A stretch of 57,014 nucleotides of DNA from a virus (IMGVR_UViG_3300025430_001249:1-57014), one strand, 5' to 3'; numbered from the stretch's first letter, positions 19,868 to 29,681 are shown. The notes: generated from the letters alone by a model not told the origin. A program made the numbers and translations.

Positions 19868-20683
19868 CTAATAATATAACATAGGCTGTTCAATATAATC
19901 ATTATAATTGATATTATATTTAGTTGACAAATGTAATCGTTCATCTAGAGATAATGATAACCAGGGACTCCGTGGTGTTTTACAATTATCAGGTGGTTTA
20001 GGCCACATTAACCCAGGACGGTCTGCGCTAAGTATTTCTCCTATATTTAAATTCAAATCCATTGTATACGGTGTACAAATAAACTGATTTATTACAGAGT
20101 CTCCTGAAACATTTAAATTATGTAATTTAGCGTATGTTACCAATATTTCGCTTGTCCAAGTATTTGACGATTTTCGCAAAGTGTCTGGTGGATACAAACA
20201 TCTACGACATATGATATCAAACGTTGTGGAATCTGCCATACAAGATAGGTCGCAAAGATGGTACTCTTCGTCATTATATAAATCGTACCATGAGGCATAA
20301 TGTGTCGCCGGCGATAATGTAAAAACATCTCTAGTTTGAAAAGGAATAGTATCTGTTCGTTGATCAAAAACGGCATCATATGTTACAAACCGTTCTCTGA
20401 TGTTTTTTGCAGGCAAGAGAGAATAACTTAGATAATTGGCTCCTACACCAGTATTATAAAATCTAACATTTTTTGGATTACTAACAAATGCTACCAATTG
20501 TTTACCATAAAAATCGTTTTTTATGGTATTTTCTTCAATACTTGGCGGGTCCCAAGTTGCGAAATACCAATCTATCTCATCGGCTAGTTGCTCATAAACT
20601 TTAAAAATAAACTGTTTTGTATAATTCCACGTACTAACATGCCCTTTTATAAAAACAGCAATGTGATTATATTTTTTTGTCAT
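19868..20683 (-). CDS. hypothetical, possibly GT-A-like protein
   Basis: IAVFIKGH N-terminus and YDAVFDQRTD resemble YDxVxxxRxD transferase-like phage proteins. Confidence 0.45.
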   Translation of the reverse strand: MTKKYNHIAVFIKGHVSTWNYTKQFIFKVYEQLADEIDWYFATWDPPSIEENTIKNDFYGKQLVAFVSNPKNVRFYNTGVGANYLSYSLLPAKNIRERFVTYDAVFDQRTDTIPFQTRDVFTLSPATHYASWYDLYNDEEYHLCDLSCMADSTTFDIICRRCLYPPDTLRKSSNTWTSEILVTYAKLHNLNVSGDSVINQFICTPYTMDLNLNIGEILSADRPGLMWPKPPDNCKTPRSPWLSLSLDERLHLSTKYNINYNDYIEQPMLYY

Positions 20684-20686
20684 AAT

Positions 20687-20803
20687 TTACCAACTACTAC
20701 CGTAGTTACTATAGAATTTTGCCGCCTGCATATAACGTTTTTTGTTAGAATCAAATAACACAATATCTAGATCATTAGCAATGCAACAATATCTACAAAT
20801 CAT
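20687..20803 (-). CDS. 38-aa Cys-rich small ORF similar to the twitch segment of the neighbouring radical SAM (peptide or gene relic)
   Basis: MICRYCCIANDLDIVLFDSNKKRYMQAAKFYSNYGSSW*; ATGA overlap with the GNAT stop; ends 3 nt before the next ATG. Confidence 0.55.
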   Translation of the reverse strand: MICRYCCIANDLDIVLFDSNKKRYMQAAKFYSNYGSSW

Positions 20804-21408
20804 GTATCTGGCCACATTATTTTATAATCTAGGTCAAGTTGTTGATATATTACCCATTGTGGTACATTTTTTATCAAAATTTTATTTGGCAACATTGTAA
20901 AATTCTTATAAAAATCTGGGCGAGAATGTCCAACGCCTTTTTCTGCTTTTGAGTTGTACTTACCGGATCTAGTTATAATTTGCATCAATTTAAAATTATA
21001 ATCATTAAATGTTAATGCAAATACTTTTGCATTGTGTTCAATTGCCCATTGTTGTTGGGTCTTTAACAAATAGTTAGCCTGAAGATATTTTGCTCTATAC
21101 GTTGGAAGAACCCAAGCTCGAACACCGCCAATAACTATATCTCTATTAACTTCAAATTTGTAACAACCACTTACAGCAACCAATTTATTATCATCATATA
21201 AACATGAAAACATGCCATTTGTTGAAACGAATCTATCCGTGCGTAATAATATGTACATTAAAGATGCTGTATTATTTTCCCAATTTGAGACGGCCATATT
21301 TTCAGCAGCATTTTTAATGCTCTCAACTTCTGCTAATTTACAAAATTCAAAAATATCACATAGAATTGAAGATTCTATGTGATCAGAACTAAAACAAACT
21401 ACCTCCAT
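20800..21408 (-). CDS. GNAT-family acyltransferase
   Basis: LVAVSG, RAWVLPTYRAK (motif A-like), LTFNDYN. Confidence 0.7.
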   Translation of the reverse strand: MEVVCFSSDHIESSILCDIFEFCKLAEVESIKNAAENMAVSNWENNTASLMYILLRTDRFVSTNGMFSCLYDDNKLVAVSGCYKFEVNRDIVIGGVRAWVLPTYRAKYLQANYLLKTQQQWAIEHNAKVFALTFNDYNFKLMQIITRSGKYNSKAEKGVGHSRPDFYKNFTMLPNKILIKNVPQWVIYQQLDLDYKIMWPDT

Positions 21409-22040
21409 TTGCTACTAAAATCGTCTTTATATAGCGCAAATTCTGAATATTTTTTCATTGAATTACTAATTAGGTCCGTCAGTTGATTATAATTTGGAAT
21501 ACCGTATATACCTAATATAATCTTTTCTGTCGTTGTTGGCATATTTGATCCATGCTTTATCGCCGTTGAATTCATAATCCACCAGTTACTGGTGGTAGGA
21601 TAAATTGGAAATATTTTAATATTGTCATTTTGAAAATAAAATGTAGTATCAAGGTCTTCATTAACAACCCAATATCGCATGGCAGATGGGTAAGATGTGT
21701 ATAGTCCAGTCACAAAATCTATATGAGGATCTACAGTTTTAATTTGTTTGAAAAAATAAATACGTATCAACTTTTCGTAAGGAAGTTCTCTAAACAATGA
21801 TACAGAGGTTGGGTATAATTCTTTAAACACTTCATCCCATTTTCCGTTGCTGAAAGCAAGCCATTGATCCCAATAGTTTATATTAGATGTTATTTTTCCT
21901 TGAATTCCGTTTGAATAATTGTTTTTTGTAACCTCTGGTAAAGTCGTTGCGTATGTTGTAAAGTTGTTTGTAAAGTTTAGAAGTTCTAAATTTGGTATAT
22001 CAAGCGGGAGATAATAAATGTTGTCTATATCATATTGCAT
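21399..22040 (-). CDS. 2OG-Fe(II)/cupin oxygenase-like protein
   Basis: VDPHID ... IKHGS ... K pattern. Confidence 0.6.
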   Translation of the reverse strand: MQYDIDNIYYLPLDIPNLELLNFTNNFTTYATTLPEVTKNNYSNGIQGKITSNINYWDQWLAFSNGKWDEVFKELYPTSVSLFRELPYEKLIRIYFFKQIKTVDPHIDFVTGLYTSYPSAMRYWVVNEDLDTTFYFQNDNIKIFPIYPTTSNWWIMNSTAIKHGSNMPTTTEKIILGIYGIPNYNQLTDLISNSMKKYSEFALYKDDFSSKWR

Positions 22041-22531
22041 GTTTTGAACCAATTGTATAAAAAATTATAATCATATTTTTTTATAAAAAATCCTATACTC
22101 AAAATATATCTAGTATTTGAAGATGACTTATTTTGAACACCATGTTTTTGTTCAACATTAATTAAAAACGGTACTAAATGATTTCCGTTATAATTAGGTT
22201 GAACAATGTTACCATCAACATCTATCATTTCAAAGATATGGTCGTCATCTGGTAAACTAATTAATGTGTTGATAGCGCAAAATCTAATAGCATCAATGTG
22301 CGTTTTATAAACTGTGTTTGGGGAGTTTTTTAGAATTTGAAATATAATTTCTTTTGGCTCGCTTTCAGGCAGCGGAATAATACTTTTTACGTAATCTTTT
22401 AATTCATTAGTTGGAAGTATATATCTAGCATCGTATGGAGATGTTTTAAATTCAGTGCTATCAAGATTTTGGATCTCAGCAAATTGATACAAATCTAATT
22501 TAGTTTTCATTTTTTTGAATAAATTATCCAT
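22025..22531 (-). CDS. 2OG-Fe(II) oxygenase-like protein
   Basis: THID..R.CAIN ... KHGVQN....RYILSI. Confidence 0.7.
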   Translation of the reverse strand: MDNLFKKMKTKLDLYQFAEIQNLDSTEFKTSPYDARYILPTNELKDYVKSIIPLPESEPKEIIFQILKNSPNTVYKTHIDAIRFCAINTLISLPDDDHIFEMIDVDGNIVQPNYNGNHLVPFLINVEQKHGVQNKSSSNTRYILSIGFFIKKYDYNFLYNWFKTCNMI

Positions 22532-23033
22532 AGATAAATTCTCCTATCTCAAATAGGCTTACTAATCTATCATACGAATGATATTGCATGTCATCATGCC
22601 TCTTATGCCATCCCATAGTAACAATATAACGATTTTTAGTTGTCTCTAAATTTACAACTCTATGCAACACTTGACCATTAAGAATAATTGCTTTACCTCG
22701 ACTATAATCAAACCTTTTAATACCAGATTCATCAGAAATTTCTAAGTAAATGTTAGTATTATCTGGAGATATTTGGCAGATCACAACCGTTTGTCGGTCT
22801 ACATCTTTATGCCACATATAATCTTCTAATGGATAATGTTTATGAAATGTAGCTATATCAAACGGAATCTTAAATTGTGCTAATAAATCATCTCGTAGTT
22901 CTGTAGGAACATAACGGCTGTGAAAATACCGTGTTCTTTCATTTTTTGGCCATTTGTCATCAGAAAGTGATTCTGCAAAATGATACCATTTTTCTGCGTC
23001 AATTTTGAGAGGTATATCTGTTACATATGTCAA
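22524..23033 (-). CDS. 2OG-Fe(II) oxygenase-like protein
   Basis: WHKD..R ... LHRVVN.....RYIVT. Confidence 0.7.
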   Translation of the reverse strand: MTYVTDIPLKIDAEKWYHFAESLSDDKWPKNERTRYFHSRYVPTELRDDLLAQFKIPFDIATFHKHYPLEDYMWHKDVDRQTVVICQISPDNTNIYLEISDESGIKRFDYSRGKAIILNGQVLHRVVNLETTKNRYIVTMGWHKRHDDMQYHSYDRLVSLFEIGEFIYG

Positions 23034-23035
23034 TT

Positions 23036-23776
23036 CTACACCTTTATCATCCGTATTATTTGGGCACTAATATCTAATTCCCACCATTTATTGCGTAAAT
23101 TCCACAGGTTTGGTTTTGCATGGTGGTTATTATGCCACCCTTCTCCCCACAATATCAAACTTATAAACCAGTTATTTGTAGATTTATCGTTTGTCTCAAA
23201 TGTTCTATATCCATACATATGCGTAAAAAATGTAAATAAATTTAATACCCACCCTGTTAATGCAACGGGTATTATCCATAAGAACATTAATGTTCTCATA
23301 TCTATTGCACCGATTATAACTACAAACAAAAACAATATAAGATTATAATAATCATCAATGTACCTGTGATACCTATTAGTTAACAATTCTTTGATAGAAA
23401 ATAAATTGATGTTTGTATAATTCAACAGGTGCGGTGCAAATATTCTAATACTGGGGGCATGCGGATCGTTTATACTATCTGCGTTCTTATGATGCTGTCT
23501 ATGCACTGCAACCCAACCAATAGGACTTCCCCTACCAGCTAATACACCTAAAATAGTACCAACCCAACGAATGATAAAATTTGTTTTGAAACTTCTGTGA
23601 CTATAATATCGATGATAAAAAATTGAAATACCAACACAACTCAAGAGGAAATATCCAACTGCTATTTCAAGTATAGCCTGCATATCAAGTTTAAAAACAA
23701 TTAAACCTGCTATAGCAGCCAATGTAGTAGAAACCTGCACAATCGACAGTGATATAGGAGAACTATTAAGTATCAT
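23036..23776 (-). CDS. membrane fatty-acid (delta-9/OLE1-DesC-like) desaturase
   Basis: His boxes HRYYSH, HRQHH, GEGWHNNHH; DPHAP; TM helices; TATAAATA upstream. Confidence 0.9.
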   Translation of the reverse strand: MILNSSPISLSIVQVSTTLAAIAGLIVFKLDMQAILEIAVGYFLLSCVGISIFYHRYYSHRSFKTNFIIRWVGTILGVLAGRGSPIGWVAVHRQHHKNADSINDPHAPSIRIFAPHLLNYTNINLFSIKELLTNRYHRYIDDYYNLILFLFVVIIGAIDMRTLMFLWIIPVALTGWVLNLFTFFTHMYGYRTFETNDKSTNNWFISLILWGEGWHNNHHAKPNLWNLRNKWWELDISAQIIRMIKV

Positions 23777-24021
23777 ACATTTTTCCTAATACGGTTAAAT
23801 CAAATTTATAATTTATACTAACGATAAACTGTTGTTTTGTCTATTTATATGCTTGCACTGCATCTATTACCGTATATTACACCATTGAATAACCATTACT
23901 ACCACTTAGTTAGATTAATTGATCTCATACAATATGAATTATTGTACAAATATTATCAGATAATCAAATATAAAATAAATTTTTGATGCAATATATAATA
24001 TTTTAATAATTAATAAGAAAG

Positions 24022-24774
24022 TTATCTATTCATTAATATATTTCTAATAATAAATGCTCCCCAATCAAATTCCCACCATTTTTTACCAAATTGGTAATCT
24101 GTTGGATTAGCATGATGGTTATTATGCCACCCTTCACCAAAGGTAAGATATGCTGTAACCCAAAGATTTCTACTGTGATCTGTAGTAATATTAGATACAT
24201 AACCAAATTTATGGTTGAGATAGTTAGAAATAGTGCTGGCCCAAATAGCTAAAGTCATAGGAACTATGACACAATAAGCTCCTATATTAACATCAATAAG
24301 TAGTGCAATACTAAACCAAATTAGTAATAATAAGAAATAATAATTATGCAAAAACAAATGCATTTTATCAGATAATATATCTCGAACACGCCTAGGATTG
24401 ATCTTATACTCATAATTAGCTACCAGTATCTTTAGTCCAGATAAGTGAGGTGTATGAGGATCACCAACCTTGTCGCTAAATCTATGATGGCTTCTATGTA
24501 CAGCAGCCCACCCTAATGGACTTCCAGTTCCAGCTAAACATCCAACCCAAAATAACGGAAACTTTAACCAAGTCCGCTTTAATTTAAATGATCTGTGTGT
24601 TAAATATCTATGATACCCAATGCTAATGCCAAAACAAGCTATTAGCATATAAACAAAAAGACTTAACATAGCTAGGTTAAAAGAAAAATCAAATAGTAAT
24701 ATTAAAATTGTTGCACAAGACATAACCAATTGAATGTAAGGCAAATACGCAGTGTTTGATCTAAAAATATTCAT
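24022..24774 (-). CDS. membrane fatty-acid desaturase (second paralog)
   Basis: HRYLTH, HRSHH, GEGWHNNHH; TATAAATA at 24798-24791. Confidence 0.9.
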   Translation of the reverse strand: MNIFRSNTAYLPYIQLVMSCATILILLFDFSFNLAMLSLFVYMLIACFGISIGYHRYLTHRSFKLKRTWLKFPLFWVGCLAGTGSPLGWAAVHRSHHRFSDKVGDPHTPHLSGLKILVANYEYKINPRRVRDILSDKMHLFLHNYYFLLLLIWFSIALLIDVNIGAYCVIVPMTLAIWASTISNYLNHKFGYVSNITTDHSRNLWVTAYLTFGEGWHNNHHANPTDYQFGKKWWEFDWGAFIIRNILMNR

Positions 24775-24909
24775 AAATAATCCCTTATGATATTTATAAT
24801 AGATACAAGTATATCTACAGAATATATTATTTGAGAAAGTAATTGCATAAAATATCTAGAATGGTAGAATACCTCGTTTTATGCATATATAGCGAAACAC
24901 CGTAGTCTA

Positions 24910-25629
24910 TTAACCGTGATAATACCAACGGTTAGTAGACATGAGATAATTTATCCTCGCTAACACCTCGTCTAAATTTAAAAAATATTTGTATAGATCA
25001 GTGTGTTGATCTGAGGATGTTACTGTATAATCAAACCCAAGATCTTCTTGGCCTGCTATTAATTTATCAAAATCAATATATCGGCCGCGGTTGTTTGCAA
25101 CAAGGTCTCTTTGAATTTTGTCAGTCATATTAAGATGATTAAAATAATAATCAATGTCGTGCATTTTAGCATGTATTGGATTAGATTCATGCTCCCCGTT
25201 AAAATTTAAGTTATAGTTAGTTAATAAACCACTTAATAGTTGTTCTGTTTGATTTTTACGAATTGTACAGAGATAATATCTATCATCTATACATGACCAA
25301 ATATTTTTGTTAATAACCATATCACCATACCATACAGTAACAATACTCGGAGTTATATCTTTATATTGGTTGAAAACAGTCTGTCTTTCCAATGATTCTA
25401 TGCTTTTTACTGAATGTAACTCATTTTTATTGCGAGTTTTCCAGTATGTACGGTTTTTATATTGTGTTTCAACCAATAATCGATTAGAATATGGGATTGT
25501 ATCATAAATTATTTCACAGGAAAAACAGTTGAAGAATTCTCCAAAGTTAAAATATCCAGCTGCTGAATGTAAATCAGCAAGCAATTTAGTTCCAGATCTA
25601 TCCCAACCAAAAATAACTCGATTTTCCAT
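24910..25629 (-). CDS. sulfotransferase-like P-loop protein
   Basis: N-terminal GWDRSGTKLL (5'-PSB-like), GEFF, R.N..EQLLS. Confidence 0.55.
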   Translation of the reverse strand: MENRVIFGWDRSGTKLLADLHSAAGYFNFGEFFNCFSCEIIYDTIPYSNRLLVETQYKNRTYWKTRNKNELHSVKSIESLERQTVFNQYKDITPSIVTVWYGDMVINKNIWSCIDDRYYLCTIRKNQTEQLLSGLLTNYNLNFNGEHESNPIHAKMHDIDYYFNHLNMTDKIQRDLVANNRGRYIDFDKLIAGQEDLGFDYTVTSSDQHTDLYKYFLNLDEVLARINYLMSTNRWYYHG

Positions 25630-25644
25630 ATAGCAGAATCTCCT

Positions 25645-26907
25645 ATGAAAGTTTTGTGTCTTTTTAATAATTTCACTTTAACGCATCTAATAGATCATTT
25701 AGCAGTATCAAATGATGCATTATTTGATATTACAGTAGCTCCAAAAAAATATCAACCAATAAAAAATAACATTAACTGTATTCCAATGAATCTGATTTAT
25801 CAAAATGGGCATGCTTTACCGCCTATGCATATTGTAGCTAAATATGCCTTAGACAACTGTGATCAGTATGATTTAATAATAGCGGTTAGTCCATATTTAC
25901 AGAACCATATACCGTTGTTGTCCTTAAAATCCGTTCCTATCTTGTGTCCAAATAATGTATGTTCAAAATTAGAAAGTGACAAGATATTTACAAAATCTTT
26001 ATTGCAATTAATTGATATTCCTACACCAAATTACAAAATATTGCAAAGCGATCAAATTTTAGAAGTTTTTGATAAAACTCCACTACCTATTGTTTTTAAA
26101 TTGAGCAAAGCTGATTATAGAATAACATCATTTGGTACACAAGTATTCACTGATCGAGAATACTCAGAAACTATCAATATTTTGATAAGCATGTCTAACG
26201 ATGAGCAGGTCTTCTATATGGAAGATTTTGTAGCTGGGAAAGAAGTATCAGTGCATTTTCTTTGTAACGGTACAGATTGGTGTTATCTTGGTGTAGCACG
26301 TGATTATAAAAAAAAGCAAGATAGCGACATTGGTATAAACACAGGTAGTACAGGATGTTATACTCATGTCAACTACTTTACTAACGATATAAGAGATACT
26401 GTATTTACATACATGAATAAAATTCTAAAGAAGTTGAATTCGATGGGAATATTTTATAAAGGAATTATGTATTTAGGTATAATTATTGGACACAATTTGG
26501 TTCCGCAAATCTTAGAGATAAACACAAGACCTGGATATCCAGAATTTGCTGCTATTATTAATCATTTGGATAGCAAATTATTGTTAGAAAATTTTATTCA
26601 TGCTGCGAAAGGTGAGGAAATGATTCCAATGACGCAAAATGATAAGGTTTCTGTTGTAGTAACAATTTATCATAAAAACTACAATTTGAAAAATTCAATT
26701 AATTCTCCAATATATCCTACTCTATCAACCGTTCCGTCAAATATCAAAATCATATATTCTGAACTAGAACTTTATAATAATGTATATGCAATAATTATAG
26801 CAGAAGCCAGTACGAGGTGCGACGCAGCTGATCGTATATATAGTTGGCTTGATACACAGAATCTTGGAGATTATGTAGTAAGACACGACATAGGTTATTT
26901 GGAATAA
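25645..26907 (+). CDS. divergent PurD-like ATP-grasp ligase
   Basis: LESDKIFTK..IPT, EDFVAGKEVS, DYKK..D.D.G.NTG, YKGIMYLG, EINTRPGYPE, RHDIG; lacks the N-terminal GSGGREH. Confidence 0.75.
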   Translation: MKVLCLFNNFTLTHLIDHLAVSNDALFDITVAPKKYQPIKNNINCIPMNLIYQNGHALPPMHIVAKYALDNCDQYDLIIAVSPYLQNHIPLLSLKSVPILCPNNVCSKLESDKIFTKSLLQLIDIPTPNYKILQSDQILEVFDKTPLPIVFKLSKADYRITSFGTQVFTDREYSETINILISMSNDEQVFYMEDFVAGKEVSVHFLCNGTDWCYLGVARDYKKKQDSDIGINTGSTGCYTHVNYFTNDIRDTVFTYMNKILKKLNSMGIFYKGIMYLGIIIGHNLVPQILEINTRPGYPEFAAIINHLDSKLLLENFIHAAKGEEMIPMTQNDKVSVVVTIYHKNYNLKNSINSPIYPTLSTVPSNIKIIYSELELYNNVYAIIIAEASTRCDAADRIYSWLDTQNLGDYVVRHDIGYLE

Positions 26908-27215
26908 AATTAATTAATAGGCGTTATTTTTTATAAGTGCTGTGTATATTTAGATAAATCAAATAATTTAAACCTAACCCTTATTGTCAGTCTAAGTTTT
27001 AGACTTATTTAAACAGATGCTTAAATTCTTAGTTGACGAAAATAAGACCTCTTATTGAAAAATTTATCCTTTAGATTCTAAATTGTTGATACATGCAAGT
27101 TAATAATTAGGTTTATTCAAAAATGTTAGTTTTCTTTTAGATTAGTATTCTCAATAATTTACTGATATATTTTAAGAAGCGTTAAACGCAATGTATTTTT
27201 GTTTTGTAATAACAT

Positions 27216-27773
27216 TTATTCAATTAAAATATTCTCAAAATCTATACCTGTATCTAGAATCCATCTAACAGCCAGACATAAACGCGGAATAGTGTTTGGG
27301 TTTTCAACGCTATGAATTATATCAGATCTAATCAAAGTTGGGCAGTTAACTTCAATTTTATCTAAACATTTTAATTCTGTTGGATTTAATATTTTGGTTG
27401 CGCCAAAACCTTCATTAGTGACCCAGTGCTGCATAACCGCATTTGTTTCATCCCACCAATAAGTAATCGAGTTGCGGCAGCCACTTATTGGAATATTAAG
27501 TGTTGCTAGACAACGCTTAATAGCTCCCCCGTCTATGTGCATATTAAATTTTCCGTTCGGAGGTGTGTTATACACGCGATAAAACATTATAGGAAATTTA
27601 CTGTGATTTATTAACCAGTTATGTAACTCAGGGCAGAATCTCTCAATTTCTAAAAATGACATATCATAATAACACCACACTGATTGGTCGACAAACTTAT
27701 CCTCTAAAAATGTAAAAAGATCTTTTTGAATTTTTTCAAAATTAGGTATTGATACTGGTTTATAATATTGCAT
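27216..27773 (-). CDS. 2OG-Fe(II) oxygenase-like protein
   Basis: MHIDG..LNIPI..HSVEN....RLCL; TAAATA 7 nt before ATG. Confidence 0.75.
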   Translation of the reverse strand: MQYYKPVSIPNFEKIQKDLFTFLEDKFVDQSVWCYYDMSFLEIERFCPELHNWLINHSKFPIMFYRVYNTPPNGKFNMHIDGGAIKRCLATLNIPISGCRNSITYWWDETNAVMQHWVTNEGFGATKILNPTELKCLDKIEVNCPTLIRSDIIHSVENPNTIPRLCLAVRWILDTGIDFENILIE

Positions 27774-27795
27774 TTCTATATATTTATCACCTATT

Positions 27796-28692
27796 TTATC
27801 TCATAGCTGCTAATTTCTCTTGACCTCTTGAGAAAGCTGCGATACCAAGAATTGCACCAAATGCAAGATGTATTAATCCACCGTTGGATAGTGTTAGACT
27901 TTGCCATGGTACATAATTGGCTATGATCCCGTCTTTTTTAAAGACCAACGGTAAGAACATGCTTATCAAAGGAAAACCAATAAAGTCCATAAAACAAATA
28001 AGCATATATAGCCAGCCTGCTGCAGGTCTCCAATATGATTTTACCCAGTGTTCGTCTTCTTTTTTGAGTTGGTCATCCAACAGTTCTTTATCTAAGCTTG
28101 TTTGCGCTACACCAACACTTGCTTGAGCTTGCGCAGTTGCAGCCATTCCATTCATCTGCATAGTTTGCTGATTCATCATAGCAGCTCCAACATTCCCGTT
28201 GCCGCTATTATCAATAACAGTTGTATTCATTATAGGTGGAGGCATTCCGCCGCCTGTCATTGGTGCTGGCATTCCGCCCATTGGAGTGGGTATTCCCATC
28301 CCGCTTGGCATAGATGCTGGCATTCCGCCCATTGGAGTGGGTATTCCCATCCCGCTTGGCATAGATGCTGGCATTCCGCCGCCTGTCATTGGTGCTGGCA
28401 TTCCGCCGCCTGTCATTGGTGCTGGCATTCCGCCGCCTGTCATTGGTGCTAGCATTCCGCCCATTGGCGTGGGTGTTCCCATCCCGCTTGGCATAGATGC
28501 TGGCATTCCACTCATTGGTGGGGGCGGAAGTCCTGAGTTACTCCCAAAAGATGCTGTTGATGTTGTACGCGGTCCCAGCGGCGCGAGATATTCTCCGGCG
28601 GCGGCATGTACAGCATTAACTTCATCAATTGCCGGACGATGACGTGGTAACGGTTCGTCATCATCAGGAAGCATGCTAACAGTTTGAGACAT
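27796..28692 (-). CDS. holin-like membrane protein (GTA 3TM-holin-like C-terminus) with long Pro/Met/Gly low-complexity N-terminus
   Basis: [10 protein letters not shown] ... [15 protein letters not shown]; follows the spanin pair; start at ATG 28692 (GGAG SD). Confidence 0.7.
   Translation of the reverse strand: MSQTVSMLPDDDEPLPRHRPAIDEVNAVHAAAGEYLAPLGPRTTSTASFGSNSGLPPPPMSGMPASMPSGMGTPTPMGGMLAPMTGGGMPAPMTGGGMPAPMTGGGMPASMPSGMGIPTPMGGMPASMPSGMGIPTPMGGMPAPMTGGGMPPPIMNTTVIDNSGNGNVGAAMMNQQTMQMNGMAATAQAQASVGVAQTSLDKELLDDQLKKEDEHWVKSYWRPAAGWLYMLICFMDFIGFPLISMFLPLVFKKDGIIANYVPWQSLTLSNGGLIHLAFGAILGIAAFSRGQEKLAAMR
28241..28506. repeat. nested coding tandem repeats (27-bp and 51-bp units)
   Basis: GGCATTCCGCCGCCTGTCATTGGTGCT x4 (PAPMTGGGM) interleaved with a 51-bp unit x3 ([17 protein letters not shown]). 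Confidence 0.9.
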
Positions 28693-28776
28693 AAAAAGTT
28701 CTCCAGTGAACAACAATGTACATAATTATGTACACATTTATTTACTGGTCATCGTTTGCAGAATTAAATGGTATGT

Positions 28777-29154
28777 TTAATTTGACAGGGTTGAGGTCGA
28801 AGGGGTATGCGTTGTAAGATTTCTATAATATACTATTACAGCCTGTTGCTGTTCAATATATCTATGTAAATCTGCCAGGCTAAGACTGAGATTTTCATAA
28901 TCTTTAGTGGTTATTGCTATAAAGACTGGGTTAGACGTACCTTGTGCTTTACTTATATTAGCAATAAATGCATCTAAGTTAGATTTATTAACAACTTTAA
29001 ATTGTATTGGATACAACTTGACAGCGGCAGGGTCAGCTGTTTTAGAAATATCAATCTCTATAGGTTTAGCAGATACACTGAGTTGCTGAACACTAGATCC
29101 ACATGCAGACAGCGTTATTGCTATAATAGTCAATAAACATAATCGATGTATCAT
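28777..29154 (-). CDS. o-spanin (outer-membrane lipoprotein)
   Basis: signal peptide II with lipobox LSAC; ATGA overlap with the upstream TM/coiled-coil gene. Confidence 0.75.
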   Translation of the reverse strand: MIHRLCLLTIIAITLSACGSSVQQLSVSAKPIEIDISKTADPAAVKLYPIQFKVVNKSNLDAFIANISKAQGTSNPVFIAITTKDYENLSLSLADLHRYIEQQQAVIVYYRNLTTHTPSTSTLSN

Positions 29155-29681
29155 GGAGTATTACCTGTATTATTGTAGATTTTTGGAGGTTTTGGTAGCG
29201 GCTGTTGATTAGAATTATTAGGGTTGATTGGTTTAATTTTTGCTGTTGAATCAGTAGTTGATCGGGGCAAAGGCGTTTCTAGTTGAATTGGAGTAACTGC
29301 TCGATCTTTTGGTGTTGTTAAATTGATCATATCTTGCAATGCTTTGATTGTAGCACGATTCATACGCATTTCAAGATCAGCAGCATTAGCACGAGCCATA
29401 GCTGCTAGATCTTTTTGTCTAAGCTTGTCTTCTATATCTCTACGATGAGATTCAGCATCAGCAGTACTTTGTTGTAGAGCAATCATTTGCTCACTTTGTT
29501 CTTGAGCTGCTTTTTTTTGAGCATCTATAGTAGCTTGTTGCGTATTAACAGCAGTTTCTAATTTAGCATTATTCTCGTGCAAAATGGCTATTTGTTTCTC
29601 ACTATAGCGAAAATATGATACCCCAGCAACTATCATGGATAGTATTAGTATAAACTGTATTACTGCAATCTTGCCGAACAT
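29151..29681 (-). CDS. i-spanin
   Basis: N-terminal TM helix plus periplasmic coiled coil; TATAAATA 5 nt before ATG. Confidence 0.7.
   Translation of the reverse strand: MFGKIAVIQFILILSMIVAGVSYFRYSEKQIAILHENNAKLETAVNTQQATIDAQKKAAQEQSEQMIALQQSTADAESHRRDIEDKLRQKDLAAMARANAADLEMRMNRATIKALQDMINLTTPKDRAVTPIQLETPLPRSTTDSTAKIKPINPNNSNQQPLPKPPKIYNNTGNTP

Noticed and set aside
23777-24021. Small precursor ORF between the desaturases
   Set aside because: The only candidate (MRSINLTKW*) stops after 9 codons and has no clear RBS.
26908-27215. Precursor peptide or ncRNA in the AT-rich gap
   Set aside because: No convincing ORF and only a weak hairpin; probably spacer or decayed sequence between convergent genes.
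28241-28506. Repeats as a CRISPR array
   Set aside because: There are no unique spacers, and the unit lengths are multiples of 3 and in frame within the holin-like CDS.
28102-28642. Plus-strand ORFs with striking HWCWH or GIPP repeats
   Set aside because: They are antisense shadows of the coding repeat and have no RBS or promoter.
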